From positions 814 through 64,813 of the IMG/VR virus record IMGVR_UViG_3300010354_000082: a DNA stretch of 64,000 nt; one strand, given 5' to 3'. Shown here in pieces: positions 1-10,737 of the stretch. Every line of letters starts with the position of its first letter. Positions within the stretch are counted from its first letter, which is position 1. The notes beneath the pieces are model-generated. The model searched no databases. It was not told the origin of the DNA and saw only the letters and a program-made list of their open reading frames with translations. The position numbers and the translations under genes were made by a program. The stretch is from a virus. Taxonomy: Duplodnaviria; Caudoviricetes.

Positions 1-627
1 ACTGTCAAGGGCGATCTCACCGTTCAGGGAACGACCACGACCATCGATACTCAGAACCTGCTTGTGAAAGACGCTATCATTGTCTTCGCGTCAGGAACAG
101 CTGGTCCCAATAAAGACGGAGGCATCGCAATCTTCTCAGGTTCTGCTGACGGAACTGACATGGTTTTCGGTAGAATCGGAAACGATACCTGGGGTGTGGG
201 AACGCTCGATACCCAGAACGGAACTGTAGCGTCTCTTACCTCTATGACCCCTGCTGCTCTTAGAGCTTCTACTTTCCAGGTAGGAGGTTCTTCTTCGACT
301 CTTACGAGGGATGGAACTCAGCTCATTCTTTCGGGCAACGTCGTTGCTATCAGTGGAAGCTCTGTGAACTTCTCTGCTGATGGTGCAGGCATCGCGACCG
401 TAAGCTCTGCAGGTCTTCTACCTCAGGCTGACGTCACCTACAACCTGGGCAGCCCGTCCAAACGCTGGCAGAACATCTACACCGGCGACTTGCACCTTAG
501 AAACGACAGGGGCGACTACACTCTCATCGAAGAGACAGACACACTCACTATCCGTTTCAACAAGACGGGTAAACGCTACCGTTTCGTCCTCGAGAGGGCG
601 CCGGAGTTCGACGAGGAGCCTCTGTAG
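1..627 (+). CDS. tail-fibre-like virion protein, 5'-truncated
   Basis: Frame is open from base 1 (TVKGDLTVQGTTTTIDTQNLLVKD). G/S/T-rich body and C-terminal YNLGSPSKRWQNIYTGDLHL...GDYTLIEE...NKTGKRYRF, typical of T4-like phage fibre C-termini. Confidence 0.65.
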   Translation, partial: TVKGDLTVQGTTTTIDTQNLLVKDAIIVFASGTAGPNKDGGIAIFSGSADGTDMVFGRIGNDTWGVGTLDTQNGTVASLTSMTPAALRASTFQVGGSSSTLTRDGTQLILSGNVVAISGSSVNFSADGAGIATVSSAGLLPQADVTYNLGSPSKRWQNIYTGDLHLRNDRGDYTLIEETDTLTIRFNKTGKRYRFVLERAPEFDEEPL

Positions 628-666
628 AATTCACTGGTTCTCACTGAAGAACTGATGAATTAAATT

Positions 667-716
667 AGAGAGCGTGCTCTAAATTTACAAAAAGGCACGC
701 TCTCTTTTATTTTTTC
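667..716 (+). terminator. intrinsic terminator
   Basis: AGAGAGCGTGC (667-677) / GCACGCTCTCT (695-705) 11-bp stem followed by TTTATTTTTTC. Confidence 0.65.
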
Positions 717-753
717 TATACAATTGATCGCTGCGTAGGTATTGTCGACTATG
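717..753 (+). promoter_or_regulatory. putative sigma70 promoter, leaderless
   Basis: TATACA-17-TATTGT, then 5 nt to ATG at 751; no SD. Confidence 0.4.
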
Positions 754-2637
754 CTCAACAATCCTTTTGCAACGCAGAGCACAGTCAAAATTCCTGCTGA
801 CTGTGAGGTAGTTTTCGTAGCCGACTTTTTTGTCGAGGATCTCATCGGTGGCGCCGAGCTGACGACTGAGGCGCTCATCAAAGCTTCGCCCTTCAAAACT
901 TTCAAAGTGAAGTCGAGAGACATCACGATGGAGACACTGGAGAGCGGACACCAGAAATTCTGGGTTTTCGGCAACTGGGCGGGTCTCAACCGTGACCTCA
1001 TCCCATCGATCGTCGCCAACCTGAAATATTCAGTTCTAGAGTACGACTACAAATTCTGCAGGTATCGATCGCCTGAGAAGCACGAGACTGCTGAGAACAA
1101 GCCCTGCGACTGCGAGAATGATCTCCAGGGCAAGCTCACGTCCACGTTCTATCTCGGTGCAAAATCTCTCTGGTGGATGTCTGAGAGACAGCAGGCAAGA
1201 TACCTGAAACGATTTCCGTTCCTGAGCGGAGTCTCGCAGACTGTCCTCTCCTCAGTGTTCGAAGAGGATTTCTGGATTCTGCTCAGACAGTTGCGAGATA
1301 AAAACGCATCAGTCACTAGAAAAGGATGGATCGTCCTCGGCTCCTCTTCCTGGATCAAGGGGACTGATGACGCAGTCGACTGGTGCACGACAGAGGGTCA
1401 CGAGTACGAGATCATCAGCAGCCTCAGTCCGACAGACTTCCTCGAAAAGCTGTCGAGGGCCGAGGGTCTCGTCTACCTGCCGAAGGGTGGAGACACCTGT
1501 CCGAGAATGGTCATCGAGGCGAAACTCCTCGGCTGCAAGCTACACCTCAACGACAATGTCGAGCATGCAAATGAGGAATGGTTTACGTCCAGCGATCCTC
1601 TTGACACAGAGTCATATCTCTACGCTTCTCGTGAGACTTTCTGGAACGGGATACGACAGGGTATGGAATGGAAACCGACGGTGAGCGGATACACGACTGT
1701 GAGAAACTGCATCTCGCAAGCGTATCCCTGGGAAGACACCATCAATTCGATGCTCGGTTTCTGCGATGAAGTCGTCGTTCTTGACGGTGGTTCGACAGAC
1801 GGGACTTGGGAGAGACTCCTGGAACTCGCGTCTTCCAACGAGAAGATCGTTGCCAAGCAGCTCGTCAGGGACTGGGAATCAAAGCGATTCGCAGTGTTCG
1901 ACGGTGCTCAGAAGGCTGAGGCGAGAAAACTCTGCACGAAAGAGTTCTGCTGGCAGATGGACTCCGATGAAGTCCTTCCCGAGAAAGACTGGCCGAAAGT
2001 GAAAGCGATCTGCCAGAACCTCCACCCCGTCGTCGACCTTGTCTGCCTGCCAGTCGTAGAATACTGGGGGTCGAAAGAGAAAGTTCGACTCGACATTACG
2101 CCCTGGAAATGGCGACTGAGCCGCAATCGTCCGCACATCACACACGGAATTCCCCAACAGCTGCGAATGACTGACGAGAGAGGCGAGCTCTACTCGAAGC
2201 CCGGAACTGATGGCTGCGATTACGTCCACGCCCAGACTGGCGAGCTCATTCCATTTGTCGGATTCTACACCGAAGACGCTCACAGGGCCCGTGCTGCCGC
2301 GATGTCCGGTGATGCTCAGTCTCTGCAGTCTTACGGAGCGTGGTTCCAAGCCGTCGTCGATCAGCTACCTTCGATTCGACACTACTCGTGGTTCGACATC
2401 GAGAGAAAGATCAAGACCTACAAGAATTTCTGGCAGCGACACTGGGAGAGTCTCTACAACATCGCACAGGAAGACACGGCCGAGAACAACATGTTCTTTG
2501 ACAAGCCATGGAGTGAGGTCACCGACGAGGAGATTGCAGCGCTGGCAAAGAGACTTGCCAGTGATCTCGGAGGTCACGTGTTTCACACGAAGGTCGATTG
2601 GTCGAGACCCGCACCACACCTGACTGTGAGAGAGTAA
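751..2637 (+). CDS. two-domain glycosyltransferase (GT-B-like N-terminus + GT2/GT-A C-terminus)
   Basis: N-terminal GGAEL and LVYLPKGGDTCPRMVIEAKLLGC; C-terminal SGYTTVRN, DEVVVLDGGSTDGT, QMDSDE (DxD). Confidence 0.8.
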   Translation: MLNNPFATQSTVKIPADCEVVFVADFFVEDLIGGAELTTEALIKASPFKTFKVKSRDITMETLESGHQKFWVFGNWAGLNRDLIPSIVANLKYSVLEYDYKFCRYRSPEKHETAENKPCDCENDLQGKLTSTFYLGAKSLWWMSERQQARYLKRFPFLSGVSQTVLSSVFEEDFWILLRQLRDKNASVTRKGWIVLGSSSWIKGTDDAVDWCTTEGHEYEIISSLSPTDFLEKLSRAEGLVYLPKGGDTCPRMVIEAKLLGCKLHLNDNVEHANEEWFTSSDPLDTESYLYASRETFWNGIRQGMEWKPTVSGYTTVRNCISQAYPWEDTINSMLGFCDEVVVLDGGSTDGTWERLLELASSNEKIVAKQLVRDWESKRFAVFDGAQKAEARKLCTKEFCWQMDSDEVLPEKDWPKVKAICQNLHPVVDLVCLPVVEYWGSKEKVRLDITPWKWRLSRNRPHITHGIPQQLRMTDERGELYSKPGTDGCDYVHAQTGELIPFVGFYTEDAHRARAAAMSGDAQSLQSYGAWFQAVVDQLPSIRHYSWFDIERKIKTYKNFWQRHWESLYNIAQEDTAENNMFFDKPWSEVTDEEIAALAKRLASDLGGHVFHTKVDWSRPAPHLTVRE

Positions 2638-3494
2638 TGAAACTTGTGACTCAAGACTATGGATGTGGAACTTCTTCATCCATACTCGACTATGGCGTGA
2701 CTGATGTCGTCATAGTGAGCGAAAGCTCATATGATCATGTCTTTGAAGTAGAAGACGATCTTCTTTTTATCGGTCACGATTTTCTCTTCTTTCTGTGGGA
2801 CAATGAAGAGAAGCTAAAGCGGTGGCACGACAGAAAGGGAAAGTGGGAACACTGGGTGTGGTGTTTCGAAAGAGTAGATGCCATAGTTCCTATCTGGTAT
2901 CAAAAAAGTCACTACTCTCTTGGTCTTGCCAAGACGTTTTGCAGTAGAATTTTGGCTTGTGATGAAGACGACTGCGACAAATACGGCTTCGATTGGCTAC
3001 CGCAATGGGCATCCTGTAAGTTCAGTGAGAAGAAAAACACACTCCCGACTACAAACACTGCGCTATTTAGCGGTCAAGCAGCAAAGCCGGAGTACGCAGC
3101 TCGTACTTCTCTTTTGAGAGAAATCGTAGAAGACCCAGAAGTATCGAGCGATCTAAAAATAACAAATATCTCCAGAGATCTCGGTTGGGACGCCTACGTT
3201 GACAATCTTCTCATGCATTCCAGGGTCCTGAACCCTTTAGGTGTTCTCAAAGCCTTGAACACAAGGGCATATGAATCCATTTACTCAGGTCGTCTGTTAT
3301 TACAACAGACAGTCGGAAATTACAAGCGTCATCAAAGTCTTCTAGCAGAAACAGAGAATGTGATGTTTTTTGAAACATTCGGTCAATTGAAAAAGATTTT
3401 GATAGACACCAGAAATTTTTCCATAGTTTATGGCGGCTTTGAACATCATAACATTTATGCTAGGATGAAATCTATTGGAATAGAGATCAAATAA
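2637..3494 (+). CDS. glycosyltransferase-like protein (CgeB/Glyco_trans_1_2-like)
   Basis: TAATG overlap with the upstream gene; ALFSGQ...R..LL...VLNP...LNTRAYESIYSGRLLL motif. Confidence 0.55.
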   Translation: MKLVTQDYGCGTSSSILDYGVTDVVIVSESSYDHVFEVEDDLLFIGHDFLFFLWDNEEKLKRWHDRKGKWEHWVWCFERVDAIVPIWYQKSHYSLGLAKTFCSRILACDEDDCDKYGFDWLPQWASCKFSEKKNTLPTTNTALFSGQAAKPEYAARTSLLREIVEDPEVSSDLKITNISRDLGWDAYVDNLLMHSRVLNPLGVLKALNTRAYESIYSGRLLLQQTVGNYKRHQSLLAETENVMFFETFGQLKKILIDTRNFSIVYGGFEHHNIYARMKSIGIEIK

Positions 3495-3571
3495 GAGCCT
3501 CTATTTCTCAAATCAACAGCAAAGTCAGAAATTCGTATTCTGCTTAATGAAACTAAAATTCTGGAGATAAG

Positions 3572-4261
3572 ATGAAAATGGGTCAAATTACTGAGGTGAG
3601 CCTTGAAAGATGGCAGCAGGCTCAGACTGCTGAGCTCCTGTGCTGGGCACAGGAGCCTATTGATAGTGAGGACTGGAATTCTTGGTGGTCTTCAAAATTT
3701 TCCAATTACAACTTTCTTGCAAATGAGAACATCGACTCTGTGTATGAAGTAGGCTGCGGACCATACGCCAAGAACATCGAACACGTGTTTCAAGCGCTCG
3801 GTAAAATACCGAGTAGGGTATTGCTAGAGGATCCTCTTCTGAAAAGCTACTTGATTTTAGGAAAGAGCGTTGGAAGATTTCTCAGAATGCCGAACGCAGT
3901 CCTACTTTCTCACCCCATGGAGAGTTTTACACTAGAGAAAGCAGGACTGCAGCCCGTAGATTTAGTAATCTGCAACAACGTTCTTGACCACGTCAAGTCT
4001 GTTGAGGAATGTTTCTATCACATAGAGACAGCTCTCAAGCCCGGCGGAATTCTTGTTCTCGGTCAGGAGCTGACAAACGAGGAGGACGAAAAAAATCATC
4101 CTGATCATGACGATGTCATGCACCCTATCATAATTGAAGAATCCAGTCTGGATAAATTTCTCAAACCTTACAAGACAATTAGACGTGAAGTTCTTAGTAG
4201 GGAAGAAGGAAGAAATCCTGACTATCATTACGGAACTCTTCTTTTTGTTGGAAGGAAGTAG
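3572..4261 (+). CDS. class I SAM-dependent methyltransferase
   Basis: VYEVGCGP motif I; VDLVICNNVLDHV; LKPGGIL; SD GGAG upstream. Confidence 0.85.
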   Translation: MKMGQITEVSLERWQQAQTAELLCWAQEPIDSEDWNSWWSSKFSNYNFLANENIDSVYEVGCGPYAKNIEHVFQALGKIPSRVLLEDPLLKSYLILGKSVGRFLRMPNAVLLSHPMESFTLEKAGLQPVDLVICNNVLDHVKSVEECFYHIETALKPGGILVLGQELTNEEDEKNHPDHDDVMHPIIIEESSLDKFLKPYKTIRREVLSREEGRNPDYHYGTLLFVGRK

Positions 4262-4262
4262 T

Positions 4263-5225
4263 ATGATACGCAGCGACATTGGTGTAATGATCGAGCTGGA
4301 ACCTTGGTCTTCCTACGCTAGTAAGATCCCGCTTGTCGCTGTCGTTGGAATGATGGGGGAGTGGATGACCATTTATGCCTGTCTTCAACAGGCATTGAAA
4401 AATTTTGATTATGTCATTGTCTGTGGCGACGGAGCTTCTCCTAAAGCAAGAAAGATGTTCGACAGTTTCATGTCGGATTATGCAACAGTGGTTAGCGGCA
4501 GAGTACAGTTTGTTGAGTTGGACAAGACAGATCCGTGGCCCTGGGTTGCAATGGTTAGACCAGGTGTAGAATACAAGGGCATATCAGATGTCCCCGTGAA
4601 GTCTTGGTCAAAGGCGGGTTTCAAGAGATTCAATTACGCTAGAGCGATTTTCCCAAATTCCATCATGTGCTCTCTCCATTCGGACGTTGTGTTATTCGAC
4701 GGCACTGGCGAAAGGATAAGGAAGAGAATGATGGGGATAGATGATCCGTTTTTTGATTCAGAGTGGTATTCCATGGTGACTATGAACGACAAGAGGACGA
4801 TAATGAGCATTCTTTCCGAAGATTCAGGACCAGGAAATCACAAGGGTCACCCTGCACTCAGACAAAGGAAAACTTACGACTACCCTGGAGACTGGGGTCT
4901 GATGTCGCTGTACGCGTCTTCTGTTCTTTCTGTTGGACCCGATCCTGGGGGACACGAAGCAGAATGTCTGTATCCTTGGAGCAGAAAGACACAGTGCGAA
5001 AAAAAGGGATGTGACGTTTCTGTTCCGCATGCAATACATTTCGAGTGGTTGAGGGATTCCTGCAGAAACAAGGATTTTTCGAGCGTGGCATGGAAGCATG
5101 TTAGCAGGGAATGGATAGAGAAAAATGACAACGATCTTGGAGATCAGTTTCATGTCATTGATGAAGTGTATTTCCCAGTAGATTTTAGAATAGACGAAAA
5201 CAACATTTTGAGGATCTCAGAATGA
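4263..5225 (+). CDS. putative GT-A-fold glycosyltransferase-like protein
   Basis: ATG at 4263; FDYVIVCGDG and SLHSDVV resemble degenerate GT2 motifs; sits in a glycan cluster. Confidence 0.45.
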   Translation: MIRSDIGVMIELEPWSSYASKIPLVAVVGMMGEWMTIYACLQQALKNFDYVIVCGDGASPKARKMFDSFMSDYATVVSGRVQFVELDKTDPWPWVAMVRPGVEYKGISDVPVKSWSKAGFKRFNYARAIFPNSIMCSLHSDVVLFDGTGERIRKRMMGIDDPFFDSEWYSMVTMNDKRTIMSILSEDSGPGNHKGHPALRQRKTYDYPGDWGLMSLYASSVLSVGPDPGGHEAECLYPWSRKTQCEKKGCDVSVPHAIHFEWLRDSCRNKDFSSVAWKHVSREWIEKNDNDLGDQFHVIDEVYFPVDFRIDENNILRISE

Positions 5226-5881
5226 AGCGTGTCATAGCTTTTTCACTGTGGGGCAAAAATCCGAAGTATTGTTTGGGCGCAGTTAAGAATGTCATCGAGG
5301 CAAGAAAATACTATCCTGGTTGGGAGTGCTGGTTCTACTGTGGAAAAAGCACGCCATCAGAAGTCATGCAGTCTCTAATGGACGAAGGCGCCAAAGTGAT
5401 ACTAAGAGATGAAGAAGGCGACTGGACAGGTATGTTTTGGCGATTTGAACCTATCACTAATCCCGAGGTAGAAGTTATGATCAGCAGAGATGCTGATTCA
5501 AGACTTTCTCGAAGAGAAGCGGTAGCAGTAAAAGAGTGGCTAGATTCTGGCAAACTATTTCACGTTATGAGAGACCATCCTGCACATGCCACTGAAATTC
5601 TTGGAGGAATGTGGGGAGCTCGTAAGCCTATTCTCGGTGACCTGATGCATTTGATGAGAGCGTATGTCAAGGGAAATTTTTGGCAAGTTGACCAGAATTT
5701 CCTAAGAGAAGTTGTTTGGCCCAGAGTTTCCTATACTACACACACCAATGATGAGTTCTTTGCTAAGTCACCATTTCCAGAACCTCGCATCGGAGACGAG
5801 TTCGTTGGTCAAGTTTATGATGAGAATGATATTCCAAATTTCGAGTATGCAACTTCTCTTTTGAAAGCTCTGAATCAATGA
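5222..5881 (+). CDS. phage glycosyltransferase-like protein
   Basis: IAFSLWG...Y..GA..N, MFWRF, ISRDADSR (DxD), HVMRDHPAH, ILGGMWG, DQNFL; a family often seen in phage and giant-virus glycan clusters. Confidence 0.6.
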   Translation: MKRVIAFSLWGKNPKYCLGAVKNVIEARKYYPGWECWFYCGKSTPSEVMQSLMDEGAKVILRDEEGDWTGMFWRFEPITNPEVEVMISRDADSRLSRREAVAVKEWLDSGKLFHVMRDHPAHATEILGGMWGARKPILGDLMHLMRAYVKGNFWQVDQNFLREVVWPRVSYTTHTNDEFFAKSPFPEPRIGDEFVGQVYDENDIPNFEYATSLLKALNQ

Positions 5882-6615
5882 AATTAATTCGTGAATCAAA
5901 AACGTCTAATATCGTGGCTTATCATACACATCAAGGGTTCGGGGACCTGATAAGCTGCTCACCAATTGTCAATTATCTTTCTCGAGCTAATCCGTCGTTG
6001 AAAATTGTTATGATCACTCGATCAGAAACATACGCAAAAAACATACGTAGGTTTTGCTACCCAGAAGTTGAAGTTGCGTTTATGACTCAGTATCCTTCAC
6101 ATCAAGAAGCTGATCCGCGGATAGAAGTGGGATTAGTTGATTCTTGGGCAAATTATCATGATGTCTCACTTGTAAGATCTGGATTTGACAGATATCGGTA
6201 CGATGACTCTCAACCTTGGGACAAATCTTTCTACGAAAATGCTGGTGTTTTGTATGAAGCAAAATCAACTCATTTTCATCTACAAAGAGATGAAAAAAAA
6301 GAAAAAGAGGTCCGTGATCTGCTACAGATCAGCAAAGGCGAAAAATACGCGTTTGTGCATGATGATCCACAGAGAGGGCTAGTTTTCACACCAGAAACCA
6401 GCACCAAGATTGTAAAAAATGCAAAGGAAGTTGACATAGCTGACATGGCTTGTGTTCTTGAGGGAGCATCTGAGCTTCATATGATGGGAAGTTCGCTATT
6501 ATGTTTAGCTGACCTTCTCGGTCTTCCTCATGGCGAACAGGAGCTTTACTATTACACGTTTAGAGGCAATCTTAATGCTAGAGGAAAAGAAAAATGGAAG
6601 ATTGTCTCTTCATGA
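5878..6615 (+). CDS. hypothetical protein, GT9/GT11-like glycan cluster protein
   Basis: HTHQGFGDLI N-terminal motif, FVHDD, ASELHMMGSS. Confidence 0.5.
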   Translation: MKLIRESKTSNIVAYHTHQGFGDLISCSPIVNYLSRANPSLKIVMITRSETYAKNIRRFCYPEVEVAFMTQYPSHQEADPRIEVGLVDSWANYHDVSLVRSGFDRYRYDDSQPWDKSFYENAGVLYEAKSTHFHLQRDEKKEKEVRDLLQISKGEKYAFVHDDPQRGLVFTPETSTKIVKNAKEVDIADMACVLEGASELHMMGSSLLCLADLLGLPHGEQELYYYTFRGNLNARGKEKWKIVSS

Positions 6616-6648
6616 GAATCAAGACTTTTGTATGAAGAAGGTTCATCT

Positions 6649-7278
6649 ATGACTGCAAAATCTTACATCTTTGGCAATGGAGGGTTTGCTAGAGAGGTCT
6701 TTTTATTGGCTCAAGACTGCAATGTCGATATTGAAGCGCTGATTTGTCTAGAGACTAGCGGCTATTCAAAACTAAACGAGATCCTGGAACACGAATTTGA
6801 TCCTACAGAAAAATTTCATGCCTATGTTGCAATAGGTCAACCAGCTATTAGAAGAAGTGTTGTGGAGAAACTTATCACCAAGTTTGGAGAAAAAATTACT
6901 TTTCCGAAATTGATACATCCTACTTCAAGAATCATGGGTCTAAGAGATGACAGCTTGGTTGGAGAAGGTTCGGTAATTTGCGCAAACTGTGTGGTGACAT
7001 CTGATGCAAAAATCGGAAAGTTTTCACAACTCAACTTACACACTACTATAGGTCATGATACAATCGTCGGTGATTACTTTACTACAGCACCAGGTGTGAA
7101 CATTAGCGGTTGCTGTCTTCTTCAGCAAGAAGTTTATTTCGGAACGAATTCATGCACCAGAGAAAATATCGAAATTGTATCATCAGTCACAGTTGGGTGT
7201 GGTGCAGCAGTAGTAAAAAATATCACAGAGTCTGGAATTTATGCTGGCACTCCAGCAAGGAGAATTAAGCTTGGCTGA
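6649..7278 (+). CDS. sugar O/N-acetyltransferase (NeuD/PglD/PerB family)
   Basis: IFGNGGFAREV, VAIGQPAIR, LIHP, hexapeptide repeats, TIGHDT, YAGTPAR. Confidence 0.85.
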   Translation: MTAKSYIFGNGGFAREVFLLAQDCNVDIEALICLETSGYSKLNEILEHEFDPTEKFHAYVAIGQPAIRRSVVEKLITKFGEKITFPKLIHPTSRIMGLRDDSLVGEGSVICANCVVTSDAKIGKFSQLNLHTTIGHDTIVGDYFTTAPGVNISGCCLLQQEVYFGTNSCTRENIEIVSSVTVGCGAAVVKNITESGIYAGTPARRIKLG

Positions 7279-7579
7279 CACTTTCGGCGGATTGATTGAT
7301 AAGTTGATCACTGTTGACATGAAGATGTGGAACAATCAAGAGCTTCTGTATGAGATTCGTCGAATGACGTTCGACGAATACAAGGGAAAATACTACTCTG
7401 ATGAAAATGGTGCCCAACTTCTCTGGGAAAGCCTCAAGAAAGCGTGTGATCTCAACGTACAAAGAAATCAACTGATCGATGAGATCGATGTAAAGATTAC
7501 CGAGATGATTAGAGCAGCATCAGCTGGCGAAGATTTAGATTCAGGAAAATACGTTCAAAGAAAACATAAAACATACTGA
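7271..7579 (+). CDS. small helical hypothetical protein (DUF4254/DUF6165-like)
   Basis: TTG start overlapping the upstream gene; GGLIDKLITVDMKMW and DLNVQRNQLIDEID. Confidence 0.45.
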   Translation: MADTFGGLIDKLITVDMKMWNNQELLYEIRRMTFDEYKGKYYSDENGAQLLWESLKKACDLNVQRNQLIDEIDVKITEMIRAASAGEDLDSGKYVQRKHKTY

Positions 7580-7696
7580 GAAGTTGTCTGAATTCATTCA
7601 GACTTGAAGTCATCGGGATTGGCGACATGATTAGCTTTGCTTCTCATGTCGCATTGCATCAACTTGCAGAGATAGCGCAACGTATGTGAGACGACA

Positions 7697-8770
7697 ATGA
7701 TCAAGATCTATGAGCCTTATTGCATAGCAGAATCTTCAACACTCGCTAAAGTGACTATTGACGCAGGTAGACTGACATGTCACAATGAAGAATTTCGTGA
7801 TGTTGCAAATAGACTCACGAAATTGCACGATAGACCTGCCGTGCCTGTTTTCAATGGAACTTGCGCAACTCATCTCGCTTTCAAGGCAATGAAGATGAAA
7901 GTTCCTCGTCTAAAAAGGGTCATAGTTCCCAACAACGTTTACGTTGCTGCATGGAACTCTATGCTCATGGACGGAGATCTGGAGCTGGTGCCGATTGATG
8001 CCGATGACAAAACTTGGTGCGTAGACATCGAAAAATTGAGCAACGAATTGCGATCATCAGATCCAGAAGATACTGGCGTTCTTATCGTTCATAATGTCGG
8101 CGGAATAGTCAACGTACCGCGGTTAATTAGGGAATTTCCACATCACACATTCATAGAAGATAACTGCGAAGGCTTTCTTGGAAAGTACGAAGGTAAACTT
8201 TCTGGAACAGCATCGTTAGCATCAAGCATCTCATTCTATGCAAACAAAACTATCACCTGTGGTGAAGGCGGCGCAGTCATCATCGATCCTTCGCTACAAG
8301 AAATTATCGAAAGAACGCAGAGTCAAGGTCAAACAAGCACCAGATATGTTCACGACATACTTGCCTACAATTACAGGATGACGAATACACAGGCAGCGAT
8401 GCTGATAGGTCAACTTGATCTATTGAGTGAGATTGTCGAAAGAAAGAGCAGAATATTTGAGCTCTATAGGCAGCTTTTGTCTGAAAAGTTTGAATTTCAA
8501 GTTCCCGAAATGAACACTGTCCACTCTGGCTGGATGTTTGCAGTCAGAGTGAGAGGCGGCGACTATTATCAAATGTCCTTCGAAGAAAAATTCGAAACTC
8601 GTCCCATGTTCCACCCGATTTCAGTTCATCGTCATCTTTCTAAATTCGCTAAAGATGAGACAGTCGCCAAACAGCTTTCTAAAGAGTGCTTTATGCTTCC
8701 TTCTCATCCCGGTCTTACAGAAGATGACGTAAGAATTGTGACCAGCATTCTTAATGAGAAAGTAGCATGA
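7697..8770 (+). CDS. DegT/DnrJ/EryC1/StrS PLP aminotransferase, GDP-perosamine synthase-like
   Basis: NGTCATHLA, IEDNCE, SFYANKTITCGEGG (PLP lysine), YNYRMTNTQAA, ETRPMF, LPSHP. Confidence 0.88.
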   Translation: MIKIYEPYCIAESSTLAKVTIDAGRLTCHNEEFRDVANRLTKLHDRPAVPVFNGTCATHLAFKAMKMKVPRLKRVIVPNNVYVAAWNSMLMDGDLELVPIDADDKTWCVDIEKLSNELRSSDPEDTGVLIVHNVGGIVNVPRLIREFPHHTFIEDNCEGFLGKYEGKLSGTASLASSISFYANKTITCGEGGAVIIDPSLQEIIERTQSQGQTSTRYVHDILAYNYRMTNTQAAMLIGQLDLLSEIVERKSRIFELYRQLLSEKFEFQVPEMNTVHSGWMFAVRVRGGDYYQMSFEEKFETRPMFHPISVHRHLSKFAKDETVAKQLSKECFMLPSHPGLTEDDVRIVTSILNEKVA

Positions 8771-9720
8771 ATTTCCTTGTCACTGGCGGAACTGGGCTTC
8801 TCGGTAGAGAAATTTTTCAATCCGACACAAGCGCTGTATGTCTTGGAACGAAAGACTGCAATCTTTTGTCACTGCGATCAGAAGATTCATTCAAGAACAA
8901 AATTTTAAAATTGAAAGAGAGTGGCGCAAAAATTGACGCTGTCATCCACTGCGCTGCAAGAGTCGGAGGTCTAAAAGCAAATACCGATTGCGTTGCAGAT
9001 TTTTTTGATGACAATGTTCGCATGAACATGAACGTTATCAATGCGTGCAAAGAAGAAAAATTAAAGCTTGTGTCCGTTCTTTCAACTTGCATTTATCCTG
9101 ACTCCTCCTACGCAACGTATCCGCTCACAGAAGACCAGCTGCATCTTGGCCCTCCGCACTTTTCAAATTTCGGTTATGCCCATGCAAAGAGAATGCTAGA
9201 AGTTCAGAGCAGAGCATACCGTCAGCAGCATCATTGCAATTTTATTTCGGTGATACCCAATAATTTGTATGGCCCAAACGACAATTATGATCTTGACAGC
9301 GGTCATGTCGTGCCATCTTTGATTCGCAAGTTCTATGAAGCAAAAATTCATAAACTCTCTTACGTAGAAATATGGGGCAGTGGAAAGCCCATCAGAGAGT
9401 TCACGTTTGCTAGAGACGCTGCGAGGATCATTCTTTGGCTTGCAGAAAACTACAGCGGTGAAGAGCCCGTAAACATTGGCAATCCAGATTCCATTTCTAT
9501 TGCGGAACTTGCTCGAATAATCTCAGAAGAAATTGATTACAAGGGTGATCATGTTTTCGACGTCAACAAGCCTGATGGCCAATTTCAAAAGCCTACCTCC
9601 AACAAAAAGCTTCGATCTCTCGGTTGGAATGGGACGTACACACCGCTTCGTGACGGTCTTCGAGAGACAATAAAGTCATTCATCGATAGATACCCAAACG
9701 TCAAGGGTGTTATAGTATGA
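8767..9720 (+). CDS. fcl: GDP-L-fucose synthase
   Basis: [68 protein letters not shown]. Confidence 0.92.
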   Translation: MNFLVTGGTGLLGREIFQSDTSAVCLGTKDCNLLSLRSEDSFKNKILKLKESGAKIDAVIHCAARVGGLKANTDCVADFFDDNVRMNMNVINACKEEKLKLVSVLSTCIYPDSSYATYPLTEDQLHLGPPHFSNFGYAHAKRMLEVQSRAYRQQHHCNFISVIPNNLYGPNDNYDLDSGHVVPSLIRKFYEAKIHKLSYVEIWGSGKPIREFTFARDAARIILWLAENYSGEEPVNIGNPDSISIAELARIISEEIDYKGDHVFDVNKPDGQFQKPTSNKKLRSLGWNGTYTPLRDGLRETIKSFIDRYPNVKGVIV

Positions 9721-9722
9721 GC

Positions 9723-9725
<3 letters not shown>
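9708..9725 (+). promoter_or_regulatory. extended -10 promoter, leaderless (gmd)
   Basis: TGT-TATAGT (9708-9716), then 6 nt to ATG at 9723. Confidence 0.55.
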
Positions 9726-10699
<974 letters not shown>

Positions 10700-10703
<4 letters not shown>

Positions 10704-10737
10704 ACAATCTGCCGCTTGATGCTAGTATGTTCGTATG
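10700..10737 (+). promoter_or_regulatory. sigma70 promoter, leaderless (glf)
   Basis: TTGAAC-17-TAGTAT with TGn extension, then 6 nt to ATG at 10735. Confidence 0.6.

Noticed and set aside
652-700. CTGATGA hammerhead-like core followed by a hairpin
   Set aside because: No GAAA after the would-be stem II and no stem I/III pairing.
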